Shown here piece after piece: positions 37,784 to 51,800 of a stretch of 64,000 nt of DNA. The notes under the pieces are model-generated. The model was not told the origin of the DNA and searched no databases. It saw only the letters and a list, made by a program, of their open reading frames with translations. Origin of the DNA: Lingula anatina (Eukaryota > Animalia > Brachiopoda). The DNA lies in assembly GCA_051362555.1 (NCBI GenBank), contig CM120649.1:13764001-13828000 (forward strand), in the 5' to 3' direction. How positions within the stretch are numbered: position 1 is the stretch's first letter; each line of letters begins with the position of its first letter. The translations under genes were made by a program, and so were the position numbers.

Positions 37784-40700
37784 GGGGGGCAGCTGCCCCC
37801 CCTGGGATTTAGAATTTTCCACACTGGTAGGGGGACACCCCCTCCCCCTTCGGGGGCTTTGCCCCCTCGTGTCCGCTTACTGCCCCCCCTGGCATTTTGC
37901 TCAGGCTACGGCCCTGTTAAGTGTGATTAAGAATGTCGATTGTTACTGACGCCTTTGGCTCACTGACGTCATACCTGTATTTCAGATCACCAATGGGGAC
38001 AAAACCTACTTAGACTCTGTAGCCAGTACCTTTGACACCATTTGTCAGGAAGAGATTTTGAAGGACCCAAAATACTACACAGCACAAACAGATGGTATGT
38101 CTTTTTTTTACACTTTTTGTTCTGTTTATCATATTAGAAATATGTTTAACTGGTGATGATTGTGGCAATCACCTGCCTATAACATACCAAACTTAGTTGA
38201 GAAGTCATGCATATTCCCTTTGTTCCAGACGCGAGCGATCCAACGGTGACCGGGGGAACTATAGGTTGGCTTTCGTTAAGTGTAACTTAAAATCAGGGCA
38301 CATCTGCAGGGAAATTCGAACTTAAAAGTATCCGAAACCGTGTCACTGGAAAAGGGGCATAATAATAATAATAAATAATTTATACAAAGAGGTTTTGCAT
38401 CGACGTCACTTCTGTTCAGAGGCTTTGCACTGACGTCACTCCCGTCATGAGTCGGTAGCAGACCTCGTGACCTGCAGTTCAAAGCGGCACCGTAGCGAAC
38501 TTTTGGTTTTCAACCAGAAATTTCACTTCTTAACTTCACATAATAGCCCCACCCCCCACCCCACCCCCACCCACTTAAATCCGAGTTTAAATACACTGTG
38601 TCTAAAATCCGTAGCGAGGCGTATTTTTGTATTGCAGGTACAATGGGAATACCATCGTTCATATCAAACATGTGCTCTACTCCATGTAAAAACGGGACTT
38701 GTGTCAACGGCGCATGCGTATGTGACAGGAACTGGATCGGCGATGACTGCTCTGTGGACACGACAAAACCGCCGATAGCGTTTGGTTTGATAAGGTGACA
38801 TATAAGGGATGAAAATCATTACACACACTCACACACTCTATCTCACAAACACATACACACACACACAAAAATGCTGCTGTTAAATTTTTAACACGACACG
38901 AATGAGCAAATTCGCTTTGATGTATTTATGATGTGACAACGTTATCTCATAATAGGACAATGTAACAATGTCATTTTCGCAGTATTTAACTAGATAAGGT
39001 AAAAAAAAGCTAAGGTGTAACTATCGAACAACCGTGCATTTTCTAGTGCATTGGATTAAAGATTGAAATTGATTTACATTCCCTTCCCAAATAATCGAAT
39101 GTGAAGATAGTTTATACTGCTGTTTTAATTTTGCAACTTTTATATTAAAATAAACTATGTGATGAAAACATATAAATAAGGACAAAGATAATCGAACCTT
39201 TCAGATCGGAGGCTTGCGATATCCGTGCGCGTCCCTGTCGTGTAGTCTTCCTTGGAATGGAGAATGTAGCAGATACGCCAGGGCTTTCGTGTCGAGTGAA
39301 GGAAAAAGTGGACTTGGTGCGTCTAGGACCGCGTTCAGATTCAAACAAGTTCCAGCTGGATCGATCCAACTCTCACTAAAATGTATTCAGTGTAATCAGC
39401 TGAATTGTCTGACATGCCTCCTTTAGTTGCTATTTAATGTTGGTTAATGACAGCTTAGCTACTCGAGCAAGCGTGTCAGGCATTTCAGCCGATTACAGTG
39501 ATTGCACCTAGGACCAGCTTGTGCGATGGGTTTATCTGAACGCTCCCTGGGTCTGTTCTTATTAAGTTTGCATCAAGATCAAATCGGTTTGTCTCAGGGT
39601 TAAACGTTTTAGCAATTCCAACATTTATTTTTGACAAAAAATACGCTGTATTCGTCCTTGCATGGAAGCTCTTACGCATAGGTAAGGTGGCCGTTCACTA
39701 AAATCTTGATATAATTATCCATATAAAAGCAAATAAGATAAAAACCTCTGCCAAGCAAGTTTTTTTCGACGTTGGTTCGTCTGTCTCCATGTGTCGGCAA
39801 CATCACGAAAGATGTTATAGAAGTATTTTGATTAATTTTTCGGGAAATGTTAAGAGAGTTAGTGACTATAAGATATTATTATTTCTTGGAGTTGGGAAAG
39901 GAGTCAGATGATTCTCTGTTTACCACTCAACTAACAGACAAAATTGTGGATAGGTTATTGAGAACTAAAATTGCTAGAGTGTTGTTATTAACACAAAATT
40001 ACAGTTTAAATGCTTTAGTTTAAGCAAGCTGTCAGTGGATTTCATTTATCTTTTTCAACTGAAAAAAATATAAATAAATTACATTGTTATATCCATAAGG
40101 AATTCACCATTGGTGACAATCATTTTTGTTATATAATAATAATAATAATAATGATAATAATAATAATAATAATTAAGCAAATAATGGTAACAACATGAGT
40201 TCATGTGCAAATGATGGGTTTTCAATCTTGAAATGATTTTTTTCTTTATAAGGGCCCTCACGGCAGTTCCTTTAGAACGTTTACGACCAAAGGACACTTC
40301 CAGAGCTATGCAGAGGTATCCTGTGAGGTTCCAGAATCACCCGTACATACAGGTCAGTCCAATCAAAGTGACAATTTTAGTTATCTGGTAGCCTTTGACT
40401 GTGCTGTCACCTGGCGGTCACTTGGAATATCAGTTTTAACAAGCCCTGGTGTTGACGTTCTCCAGAACGTTTCCCAGCTTGGTGTAAACACAGTAGTTTG
40501 TATTGTGTTTGAAAATTAGACCTACACTGTAATCTACTGGTTACGCATTAACGTAGAATGGACAGTACAAATGCATTATCGCACCGTCGATGTAGCTCAA
40601 CGCTGACGTTTCCTTCGTATAAATTGATGATACCTTACTTCCATACTTTTACATACATGGGCAGTTACATATAGGTCTATAGGTACTTCAGGGGCCCTCC

Positions 40701-41639
40701 AATTAAAGTTTCAAGAGTATGAGTCTTTTAGGCAAGGAAATACATATATATATTACCTCACCCCTTTATTTATTTAGTCATATATTTAACAACTTCGGAC
40801 AAACTGAATATATTTATCAAGGCATGTGCTAACTAGATGCAGTGGTATTTTTCATGTACACAGGCGTAAAATGTTTTACCACGGGCTTTAAAGAAATTGA
40901 CTGAAGTAAGATCACTGTGGATTAAACTGTTGTCTTTCTAGTTTCGTTTTTGTGAATTTTTTCCCTATTTTGATCTTTGAAAATATTTTGACTAGGATTG
41001 AAGACCTCTTCTACCTACCAAATATCGGTCTCCAGTGACAGCACCACGTGGAGCAGTGACGTCACGTTCGTTGTCTACGACTCACTGTGTCAGACATGTG
41101 GTGCTGATGGGACATGCACACTGAAGGTAAACCGTTCCCACTCTTTTGCACTCCAGGTATAAGATACTTGGGGTGACGCTGCTTGATCTACGTTTTTGAA
41201 TTAATTATTATTGTCGCCATGAACCATTTGTGACAGCAGGGAATGTCTACGATATAATTCCCTGGTGACAGTAAGAGGTATTGAATGGTGTGTTTTCAAT
41301 GGATTTTTCAGTCCCAGACATGCAGTATAAATGGCAAGTGTTACGCTGCCGGGGAACACAATCCCGTCAATTTGAGGAGCATGTGTATTCCCTCCCTGAC
41401 AGCCTCCGATTGGTCATCAAGTAAGTCACGTGTTCTGTAACGAACTCATGTAAGAACAGCGGCACTCTATAAAATTACATTATGGTTATACATGTATTTT
41501 GATTAAAATATCCTCTTTATTTTCGTTATAATGATAGAAGTAAGTAAAAGTAAAAAGAGGAATACAAGTATCATGAAACTTGTAATAGGACAAAAAGTGT
41601 TTTAAACATGAATTAATGTGACATATTTTTCCAGCTTAA
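21769..41639 (+). CDS. VWDE: von Willebrand factor D and EGF domain-containing protein-like, copy A (signal peptide - UMOD/GP2-type D8C - VWD - EGF), 22 coding exons, 957 aa
   Basis: Exons 21769-21802, 22323-22556, 23491-23664, 23940-24081, 25054-25180, 26176-26271, 26825-26966, 27560-27765, 32150-32226, 32499-32562, 33221-33433, 33874-34079, 34615-34762, 35065-35188, 35454-35617, 37986-38094, 38638-38794, 39205-39316, 40253-40352, 40996-41126, 41312-41420, 41635-41639; 2874 nt with all phases consistent. Signal MATLILLALIAGLMA; D8C DPC...CGT..PVWL.GTHP...CC...VKNCGAYFVY.L....C..AYC; VWD CSCTGDPHCTPFD...GICGVFNG; EGF CKNGTCVNGACVCDRNWIGDDC. The symbol means family-like, not proven orthology. 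Confidence 0.88.
23349..23418. repeat. Compound (CT)n(AT)n microsatellite, conserved at ~45318-45371 in copy B
   Basis: Read directly. Other simple repeats: (CA)n at ~14480, 23860, 44230 and 45815; (GATA)n at ~19820. Confidence 0.9.
24396..25000. mobile_element. Non-autonomous hAT element, copy A intron 4
   Basis: ~75-bp TIRs (caccctgagcttcagagataacttgacac...) and an 8-bp TSD tcttgtac at 24388-24395 and 25001-25008. The site is empty in copy B (~46320). Confidence 0.9.
25279..25599. mobile_element. TTAA-target MITE with AGGGAT..ATCCCT ends (Kolobok-like), copy A intron 5
   Basis: TIR agggataa(taa)ctcttcgt / acgaagagttatccct, flanked by ttat/ttaa. The site is empty in copy B (~46592). The same family is inverted at 47512-47770. 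Confidence 0.7.
28701..30544 (-). CDS. Secreted F5/8 type C (discoidin) domain protein, 3 exons, 262 aa, nested antisense in intron 8 of VWDE-like copy A
   Basis: Exons 30544-30205, 29881-29571, 28838-28701 (789 nt, GT-AG, in frame). Hydrophobic leader MFSVSLWFYFTLFVHVVCS. FA58C motifs ITASS, AW.A...NKNQWLQFDLG...ITAVLTRGR...QWVTEYKLQYS and FSGNSDRDTIV....PHIQARFVRILP.KW..HISLRADILGC. Confidence 0.9.
32832..33007. mobile_element. GC-rich MITE with CAGG..CCTG ends and 5-bp TSD
   Basis: TIR caggcccgtaacc / ggctacgggcctg; TSD tatta; absent from copy B (~51850). Confidence 0.8.
35871..37567. mobile_element. 1.7-kb copy-A-specific insertion with short inverted ends (TA-CAGTCGG ... CCGACTG-TA)
   Basis: Absent from copy B intron 15 (~55517). 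TA flanks both ends. The TIR is only 7-10 bp and no intact ORF is present. Confidence 0.5.
37738..37916. mobile_element. GC-rich MITE with CAGG..CCTG ends and 5-bp TSD
   Basis: TIR cagggccgtagcct / aggctacggccctg; TSD ttaag; empty site in copy B (~55680). Confidence 0.85.
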
Positions 41640-43212
41640 ACTACCGTGATGTTCACACTCGAAATTCAACGGCAACTAATAAAAGGACAAAATACAAACG
41701 TGTGACACGAAGTAACGTGAAAAAACAATTTTAACTATAGAAATAGTTTTGCTTTGCGTCTTATATGAAACAGTCTGGGTAATAAATGCTCCTTATGCAG
41801 CTTTTAACGGTCATCATCACACCTTTTGTGCTTTAATGGAGGAGGCGTTTCATTGAAGGTGGAATAAACAATGAGCAATGATGTCTTGATAAAAACCACT
41901 GATTATTTGAAATATTTAATGTTGTCTTAAATTAGTAGAATTATTGCTGGGATTAAAATCTGCATTCAGTTTCTTTCTTTTTTTTTCATATTTAATGTGT
42001 GCTTCTCTCCTGTTTAGAAAATGAATAAATGCAGGCTGCAGTCTAAATGTATATTGTCTGTTGTTTTCTAATGCAAGAAATCCCCCTGCAACCCATCTTT
42101 AGATTACCGCAACTACCTGATTTTTTAGAAATTGGCCCAATTTCCTATAGGATCTTATAGGATCCTATAGGACTTTTTCGTAAGCTTGTTGCGCAATCCC
42201 CGCGGGAAATCTATTCAGTGTCTAATCGGGAATTGAGCGGCAGGCTTTTTAGCGGGTCCCCATATATGATCCGTGGATCTGTTGGTCCGCTTATATGAAT
42301 GTAACTGATACTAAACAAAATATGAAAAGATAGAATTAAAAAAGTAAATGGGGAAAAAGAAAGATAAACGTAACTAAAGCAAATACAAGCTTATTCTTAT
42401 GCTGGTAAGATTGCTGAGAATCTTCAATCTTTATAATCATAGTACAAAAATTATATAATAAGATGCATTAGAAAAAACGAATATACATGCACTGCTAGGC
42501 CTACTCACTCATTTAGAACATGTTTTTAGTGTCAGAAAAAGATGGAAAAGGTCGGAGTCAGTAAACGTTTATGTTTTGGCTATGATTCAGGTATGAGCAA
42601 TTTAAATAGTACTTTTGATGATTTTAGTTGAAGACAAGTCTCTTAGAGATTGCCTTATAAGGAAATGTTACATGGTGGTTTGCAAGATGAGAATGGAAAA
42701 TTCCTTGTTATCATGTACAGACAACGAAAAGAACATAATTACACACGTGATCAATACTGAGAATTAGAATACTTGTGAAATTGTATGAAAAGGACAATCG
42801 GTGAATAAACGTTCGAGAGCTCCGGACCGTTGTCGTTATTCCTCACTATAACACTATTGTCGTTGCGATGCAGTGTTGAAGAAAGATAACGCTGTGATCA
42901 TGATTATCTTATTGTACTTACAGGTCTAGTGTACAATGACACATCATCGCGCCCCTGATTAATAAACATGTCAGTCCCATACTAACAACAAGTCGGTCTA
43001 TAAATATAGTCCCAATCAAAGTTACGTACGTATCCATTACAGAGGTCAAGAAGCCTGTGGGAAAATTGTCATCTGGTTGTAACGGAGCCAAAATTAGCCC
43101 ATACTTATGTAATTTAGTCATGTCAACTGATATAGTCCTATACTAATATTATTTTGAGAAGTGACCTACAGGGCTTCTATATAACCAGTGAAGATAGTCC
43201 ATTTCCGTAATG

Positions 43213-43605
43213 GCCGTATTTCACACATACCACGAACCCCACGAATGGCCATGAATTGACAAATTTCAGGATTCGTGGTTGAATCGTAATCAGTTCGTGA
43301 AGTTCTTAACAGATTCGTATATAATCGTAGTCAGTTCTTGCACTTCTCGACCAACAGGAATCAGTGGCAAAAAACTTTGATGCCCCTATTTCACACAGAC
43401 CACGAATCCCACGAATCGCCAGGAATTGAAAATTTCAGGATTCGTGGTTGAATCATAATCAGTTCGTTAAGTTCTTAACAGATTCGTATACAATCGTAGT
43501 AAGTTCTTGCAATTAGTAAGTTCTTGATCAATCGGGAATTCGTGACAACATTTTGAGCTGTTCAAAATTTTGCCCGCGAACTCCCGATTCCTAAAATCGT
43601 AATGA
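43213..43605. mobile_element. Copy-B-specific Harbinger-like repeat remnant with an internal ~170-bp duplication
   Basis: Starts ggccgtatttcacac; the unit is repeated at ~43383 (ccctatttcacacagaccacgaa); absent upstream of copy A. Confidence 0.5.
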
Positions 43606-43792
43606 AAAACATCCAGTCAAATCAGTTATAAAACTTTTTTTAAATAAAAGTTTTTAATTCTTTTTTAAAGTTGTCCCCAAACACTCGTTTTTCGCGCCTG
43701 GTGCCCCCTATGGGGCAGCCTCATTCTGTAAATCGTTTAAGTTGACACCACACCATGTAGTAGACAGATAGGCAGAAGCCACTGTCCCCAAG

Positions 43793-44226
43793 ATGGTGGC
43801 ATTGATCTTCCTCGCCTTGATCACAGGTAACCTCTTCCATCGCTTAATTCATCTAAGTATAAAAGTATTACTATGTTTCAGTTAGATATCAACATCCAAA
43901 GTAAAGCTTTAAGTGTATGTTAATTAGATAATTACACCCAAAACTGTTGGTGCTGTTATTTTGATAGGTATTATCTTATAGTCTTGTCAAAGTGTGAAGC
44001 AGCTCTACTTTCATGCAACTATAACTGAGTTTCTCTTTTGGCTTGTTTATTTATTTATATACCTGTTTGACTTTGTGTTCATCTGTGTGTGGGCTTGTTT
44101 CTTTGTTTGAAAGTGGGTTTACATAGAGAAAAAACAGAGGGCAGACAAAATTGTTTTTATGTGTAAATGAATCGTGAGACTCCAGATATATACAATGTAC
44201 ATGTATATCGAGAAAAAGGGATAATG

Positions 44227-44266
<40 letters not shown>

Positions 44267-45315
44267 TTGGTTGGTTGGTTGGTTGGTTGGTTGGTTGGGG
44301 CATAGACCCACGCCCTATTCTTGGCCTTGAAAAAATTAAAAAACTTCCTTTTATGACGTCACCGTAGGTCTGATGGCCGCCGACCCCGATCCGTGCACCA
44401 ATTATGTCACCCTGGACGACGACAGACGCATGGCGCACAATGCTGTTAAAAACGACAGTTGTATCTTTAACGACCATCAACTGAAGACCTTGTGGTACCG
44501 GATGGTGAGCACCACAGACAATAAGTTGGTGTCACTGCGCATGTACCAGCAGTGCCCGAGGACACAAGGCTGTGGAACTGACCGACCTGTATGGCTTAAA
44601 GGTTTGGACGTTCATTGTACAGTGTATAAAAAAATCCTAAAAATTCTAATCTTAAAAGAGTGACCATGCTTCGCCCTTGTAAGTAGCTTTAGAGATTGCA
44701 TTATGTGAATATTCTAAGAGTTCTGGCTTTCTGTTTACTATTATTTCTAACATGTAATAAAACTACTAGTGGAAAAGAACAAAGACCGCAAACCTCCGCC
44801 AAGACAAACAATTACCATTAATCGATTACCACAAAAATTTGATCACTTGTTCCTTGACCCATGTCTGACCTATCTTTTAAAATTATATTTGATCAAAATC
44901 AGTCCATAACTTTGTGCATATTGCTGCTAATAGACACAAGAACGGAGCTGAAAACAACATCCTTGGTGAGGGTAATAAACTAGAGCAGTGATTCTATGGT
45001 GTTTGAATAATTCTGCTCTCTGAAGCCGATGTAACGCAACAGAGAGTCCCCCTTGATAGAGAGTCCGCTTCCCATTTGTTTTCACAGGTAAGCCTCGCTG
45101 TAGATTTTGACCCACTTAGGTGAGGCTAACCCTAACCATTTTAACTAAACAGAGGGCGGATTGTCTGTTACACGGACCCTCAGTTTCGTTACACCGGCCC
45201 TCTATAAACCCTTAACCGACATTAGGCCTTCCTGCCATGAACTAATCAGGTATTAAGAAAATTACAAGTAGGAGATATTCATTTTAATTCTAAAATATAT
45301 ATTTGTTTACTTTAT

Positions 45316-45372
<57 letters not shown>

Positions 45373-45782
45373 ATCATCGTGTCTATCTATCTATCTATCT
45401 ATCAGTACATATATGTATATTGCTTTCAGGGACACATCCTACCGTGGCGGATGGAATAGTTTCGAGAAAGGCGTGCGTCCCAAATTTTACAGAGGAATAT
45501 AAGCCATGTTGCAGACGGGAAATAGATATTAGAGTGAAGAATTGTGGAGCTTATTTTGTGTACCAGCTCAATAAAACACACATTTGTGAGGAAGTATATT
45601 GTTCAGGTAGTCTCCTCTAATAATCTTCTTCAAAACGTAACTGAAAAACATCCACCCTGCACTTGTTTTGCAGCGTCTGTTTCAGACAGAGAACGCTGTC
45701 TATTAAAAGAGAGAAGTCCATCGTCTCCCTTACAGTGCCGAAGGTCTCGATTTCCTTCACACAACACAAAATTTCCATATCC

Positions 45783-45836
<54 letters not shown>

Positions 45837-48800
45837 TTATGCTATGTATTTTGTTTTCTCCTCTTCCTATAGCCAAGTACCCGTCACTGCTAAGACGTCC
45901 AAAGTTGAGGGGCCCAAAGATCCTCAAAACAGCACAAGGGGTGGAGGAGTTTCGGTTTGGGTGCCACATCCCGTACCCTGCACACGACGCCGATGTCTTT
46001 TTTATGGTGAGATGGTACGTACCAGTGGCGGATTTGGGGGGGGAGGGGGGGGGGGTCACGGGTCCCCCCCCCCCCCCCCCCCCCCGCCTTCGATTTCTGA
46101 AAAAAAAAAAACAACCATGATACACTCTTGAAATTAGAATTTTGACTTGCTGAATTATAGTTATAAGCCGTACCATATGGCACCGTTTGCCATCTAAAAT
46201 ACCAAAAAATTTTCGGACCCTTCAGAAATGTCCATATTGCATTTGCAAACGCTTACAGTAAACATTGTGCCTTGAAATACAACTACCGCTTACAGAAACA
46301 CAATCTTGCGCAATGGTGCTTTTGTACTTAATGCTACAACAAGCAGCTGACAAGTGATTTCTCTTTTAGGTTGTTTGACGGCAAGCCGTCCCCCGTGGCC
46401 CCGATGTCCCAAATCTATTACGTGAATGGAACCTCCCGTGTCCACTATATGAAGGACATCCACATGCTCCCAGCCGCCTACCACATGAATAAACATGTAA
46501 GTTTTTTTTATTTTGTCTTTTTTCTTCCGTTTTTTTCCTTTATAAATATAACCGCATTGGTTGTCTTAAGTTAAGGGTGCCCTAAAATCTGTTAAATTCA
46601 GATGTACAGGTAGTCTTTTTCAAAACAGTAATAAGCCAAATTGATAAAACATCATCCTGTCCTTGTCTGGTTAAGCTTTTTTTAATCATCTATCAAAATA
46701 TCTGAAGGCTCTATTGGGGGATAGGTTAATTCATCATCTGTGTTAAATTTCATGGGCACATTTGTGACCGCATCCAAATTTACACATCGTATAATACAGG
46801 GTACCCCCCCCCCTCCAAAAAAAAAAAACATTAAAAAAAAATTAATTGTTACAATGGTCCATCAAATTTCAAGAAAAGTGCTGAACGTTTACTTCAGTAT
46901 GTGTATGATAATTATCCAAAGTTTTAGTTTATACTGCCCTTTCATCAAAAAATGCTGGTGGCATTATCAGCAAGAAGTACTTTCATTTTTATTTATTCAA
47001 AACTCCAAGGGTTGTCATTCCTAAAAAAAACGTACTCCCACTTCAAATAATCCTGGATCCGCCCCGGAGCACGACGTGTAAATTTGAATGCACGCTATGA
47101 CGACGAAAGTCAAGCTATGTTGGTACTCGGTATAAATGTTATTTCAAGTGTACATGTAGTGTGTAAAAAAGACACAAATCTATGCTAGAATTATCAACCT
47201 TCGACACTCAACGTACCTAGATCCTTATTGATTTTATCCCCCTGTCTGTTTTAAAGTATACGTGGCCTCTGTTATCAATAGGTGAGCTGCAGTGTCCAGC
47301 CATTCTTCTATCCACAATGGAGCAATCCCCATGGCGGTAAACTTTGGGAAAGCAACTCATATTTTGCAGGTATTCAGGTGAGATGCGTCACTTTTAAAAA
47401 CTATGTCGATATATTCCACTGTGGCCTAAAAGGCTATTTTTAAACTTTCTTCTTACATAACAATATGGCAAACCACGACCAAATTCTCTATGATACGTAC
47501 TTTAAACTTAAAGGGATGATAACTCTTCGTATGGTATCTATATTTCACAATAAAAACATTGTGAAGAACTCATTGAAATATAATATTCATGTATTCTGCT
47601 GTACCACAAAAACGGCAGTTATAGGTATTTTTCTGATATCTTTTTAGAAAAAAAGCAGGGACTAACTTTGAATGCAAAAATGGATTCATTAACCATTGCT
47701 AAGTATGGGAAACGTGTTGTTTACTCCAGTAAAATTCATTTTTTGGCCAAAACGAAGAGTTATTATCCCTTTAATTACAGGATTTTTGATGAATCGCAAA
47801 TGTTGAAGATAACCATTCGCAGAGTGCTGTTCGACTCGGGTAAACTCTATTCTGCGACGTATGTCTGTAAGGAGTTTGACGTTTTAACAATATTTCTTTG
47901 TAAAGCGGAAAAAGAAATCTGGACAACCCCAGTTCGGCTTAAGTGTTTAAGTTTTAAGTTATTACAAACAAGACCTTTTAGTTTCTCAATGGTACACTAG
48001 GCAGCTTAGATTCTGAGCAAATTAACTTAATTTGCAATGGAACTCAATCCAGGAATGATAATTTGTGAGGTGGGATCCAGTTTCCATCTTAACTTGAAGA
48101 ATATCGTCAATTGTGATCAGTTCTTCATGGAGTTTGCAGTCAGGCTGACATCAAATGGAACTGAAACCATTTACCAACCGGTACATTTTGCTTCAGTTCA
48201 ACCCACCTGTGGTACGAGTGGAAGAGAAGATGCAGGCGGTCAAGGTGAAGGTCATCTCAACAATACCTGTGCTATGCAAGATCCCCAATGCGGACCCTTC
48301 CAAGTGTGTGGTTGATTTTAACCTGGATTTAGGAGAAGGTAATATTGCAGCAAATTCGTTGCCAATTTGCAGCAGTCCTGATATTTTGCTAATGGACGTT
48401 GCTTTTTATATAAAACTGGAAAAATCAGGATGAAATATGAAATGCTACTTATTTATAAGAGATCTCGGGTCTTGTTTGACAGGACAAAGGTGCCTTCGAA
48501 CTTTGGTATGAAAAGCTTTTCCCGTAAATCAATATAAATAAAGTGCCCCATACGGTAAGAAATTTTTACCGTATTGGCCGTATAACTGATTACGTCATCA
48601 AACTGCGTGTCAGAGTCAACAAAGCTGACGCGTGATGGCCTAACGCTCTTCGACAAAACGTTTTCAATTTTGGACTTGTGAGCATCAGTTTTAAATAAAA
48701 TAAATAAATGTATATTAATTAGAAAATGAGTAAGTGATAATTTTGAAAAAGAATAAAGTTTCTTTATCCTTATATACAAGTTATCATGATTGGTACTATT

Positions 48801-51800
48801 TAATAGTCTTGTGCAGATTGATCATTCTAGGCATACCCTGTACTGTGTCGTTTCACAAAGAATATCAAATATGCTTATCGCAAAAACTACTCGTTGGTGG
48901 TATCATGTTAACGCACAATTTACCTGTTCAGGTAACGAAGTAGTTGCGGAAGAGTGCTCACTACAGTTGACGCGAGCACACTGGAGAGACAGAAGAAAAC
49001 GAGCAACCGTCTCCACTAAACTGCTGTCTGTCAGGGACTTTGTAAGCGACGGAACGAAGAATGTCTCCGCAGTATTCCAAAAGCTTTCTGCCGTTCAGGC
49101 ACCTCTGTTCCACCAGTTACAGCCGCCGGACATAAGGGTAATGGGTTGGTGAACTAGCACCAGGTGTGATAGGAATGGTAGTCCGCTAGGAACAGTGGTC
49201 CGTTCCCAGTTACTTTGTACAGGTGACATTTGTCCCATATACTAACCTCAATATACCCCTACTAACCCTAACCTCTACTAATCATATGGGACCCCGGAAT
49301 TCCATGACTAGGACTACCATTCCTGTCAAACTGGTTTCACAAAGCTCGAAATTTCGCCTCAACCTTTTACATGGACCTATTTTATATATAGTGCAAGATA
49401 AATTCATAAGTTCACTTAGATGAAGCAACCCTTGGCCGGAAACATTGACAATATCGTGAAAAAATGCTGTAAGCAAAGTGTTTTATTTTTTAATTAAAAT
49501 TGAACTTCTGTAAATTTTTATTGGTGATATTAAATTTAAACTTTAGGCTTCAAGTTGAAAAAACAATATTTTGTGAAACAGTTGATTTAAACTTCTCTAG
49601 CAAATAGTGATTTTGTCAACGGAAGGAATTACTTTTAGGGATGACAGTAGCACTTGCGTAGGTATGTCGTATACATTTATTGTTTATCGATCGTTCTTAA
49701 AAGACTTTTAACATTTTCACAAAATGGCATTTATATAGTCGGTTATCCGATTTTAGCAATCCAAGCGTGGCCCAGAGTATAGACTTTTGTGAAAAGGGTC
49801 AACTGTCATTTTAATGTTTAGGGAATTTTGTCTGATGTAATTGGAATTGGCTAAATGGCGTTAAATGGAATATGTAGTGCAGAGGTTTCAAAGGTACATT
49901 TTTAGAAAAATGTATCTCCTACAATCTACATAAACGCAATGCGTATGAGCAGTAAATGAATAATCAAAAACAAATGCTGTTAATGCAACTGATAAAATGC
50001 CAGTTTATTTCTTGTCCAAAGTCCAAACCATAATTTTTTTTTTTATGATATCAACACAAAACAACGCGCAAATTAATTGAAACATAAACTCAATTTCAAC
50101 GAAATGTCATTTTAACTGAAACAAACAGGCTCGTTTAATTTTAGAGTAAAAGATCCAGTTCTTTCTAAGACGGTCGAACGTCTAGCAGCCACGTAAGTCA
50201 GCTCTCACGGCAATAAAGGTGTGCCATTTTATTGGCCAAAAACTGACAAAACGTGCTTTGATATGAGGCACCAAACCATGCCTAACGATGGTATTGCGGT
50301 CCGAGTTTCTGGAAAATAACTATAAAATAATGGGTATTTATTAATTGGCACAGATTATGATCTTGTATTCGAAAGCTGTGTTCTCCAAAAGAACGGATAT
50401 TTGTTATCCAGCCATTCAAAATATTGACCGATGACATATGTAGATGACAATAACGAGGACCGATGACGATTTTTTTTACCAAAAAGAGAAAAGAAACATT
50501 CTATTAATCATACAACAAACAATATGGCGGACTAAATCGAGCTTATGATGCTTTCTCGAAGGGCGTTGATATTCAGGTTTTAATCTAGGAGGCAATATTC
50601 TGGCTCAGTATGCTGTTTTGCAGGAAAAGATATTAACCGATACTAAATTCGGCTTAAGTGCTTTTGTGAAGAATTTTATCATATTTAATGAATTATTATT
50701 ATTATTATTATTATTACCTACAGTTTAAAAAGAACGTAAGTTATTTCAACGGCACTTTAGGAACGCTTACCTTATCTTTACCGTCCTGGCCTTGATAGGT
50801 CATCCATTTAGACCCTGAAACGCTGTACTGCAGCTTGTATTCAGTTAATTTAATTAGGCTTTTATCACTTATTTTCCGAGGTTCTGTCTGACAAGTTTCC
50901 ATTATTTTATTGTCTATAAGGGGTTATATGGCGATTTTATAAAACTCGTTAAAATACTTACCGATCCAAAAGTTTTTATTTGTTTTTAATTTATTATTAT
51001 TAGTAGTAATAGTAGTATTTACGGTGGACAAGTACCTTGTTCTTGTTTCGTTTTCTGCAATTTTTATCATTAAACAAGGCGATTAACCAATCAAGGAGGG
51101 GGACGTGGCACGCTCTCTATGTTCCTTTAAAACTTGTTCTTTCCAATGTGTTTTAGGTCGAGAGTAGCAGCGATGCCACAGCTATGTGCAGCTGTACCGG
51201 AGACCCACACTGCACCCCATTCGATCGGAAAGAGTAAGAACTTGCATATCCACTAGATCATTGAACAAAAAAGTTATTCGGTGTTATTCATGTAGATTTT
51301 TTCATTGGCTTTAGCGATATTTAATTGCAAGGGATAAGAATATGATTTGAATAAAATTGTCGCCATATTGGGATACGCTCCAAAAAGGGAGCAAGGCGAA
51401 GTTCCTGAGAAAAATTATTTAAAAGGAAAATACTCGGACGCTCAAAGCATATTTGTGGGTATTTCATGTTTGTTCCTGTTTCCATCCAACCAATTTTTTA
51501 TTTCAGAACCTTCCATATGTACAGTGTTGGCGAGTTTGTACTGGCTAAGAGCACGTCCCGACCATTCGAGGTAAGAGGGTGAAAATCCTAATGTTCTATC
51601 ATTCCACGGGTAATCTGGTTACTGTTTGGATAGCTCTCTTATTTTAGTTGTATAGGAGCTACTTTTCTGCGCAAGAATTGTATTTTTTTTACCTACTGAA
51701 TACATACAATACAGTACATATACAACGTGTTCCCGTGTGGCTTTGCCTCAGTTTTCGGTCTTACATGCTAATGGTAACCTTGTCGCAGGTAAGGCCTCAT

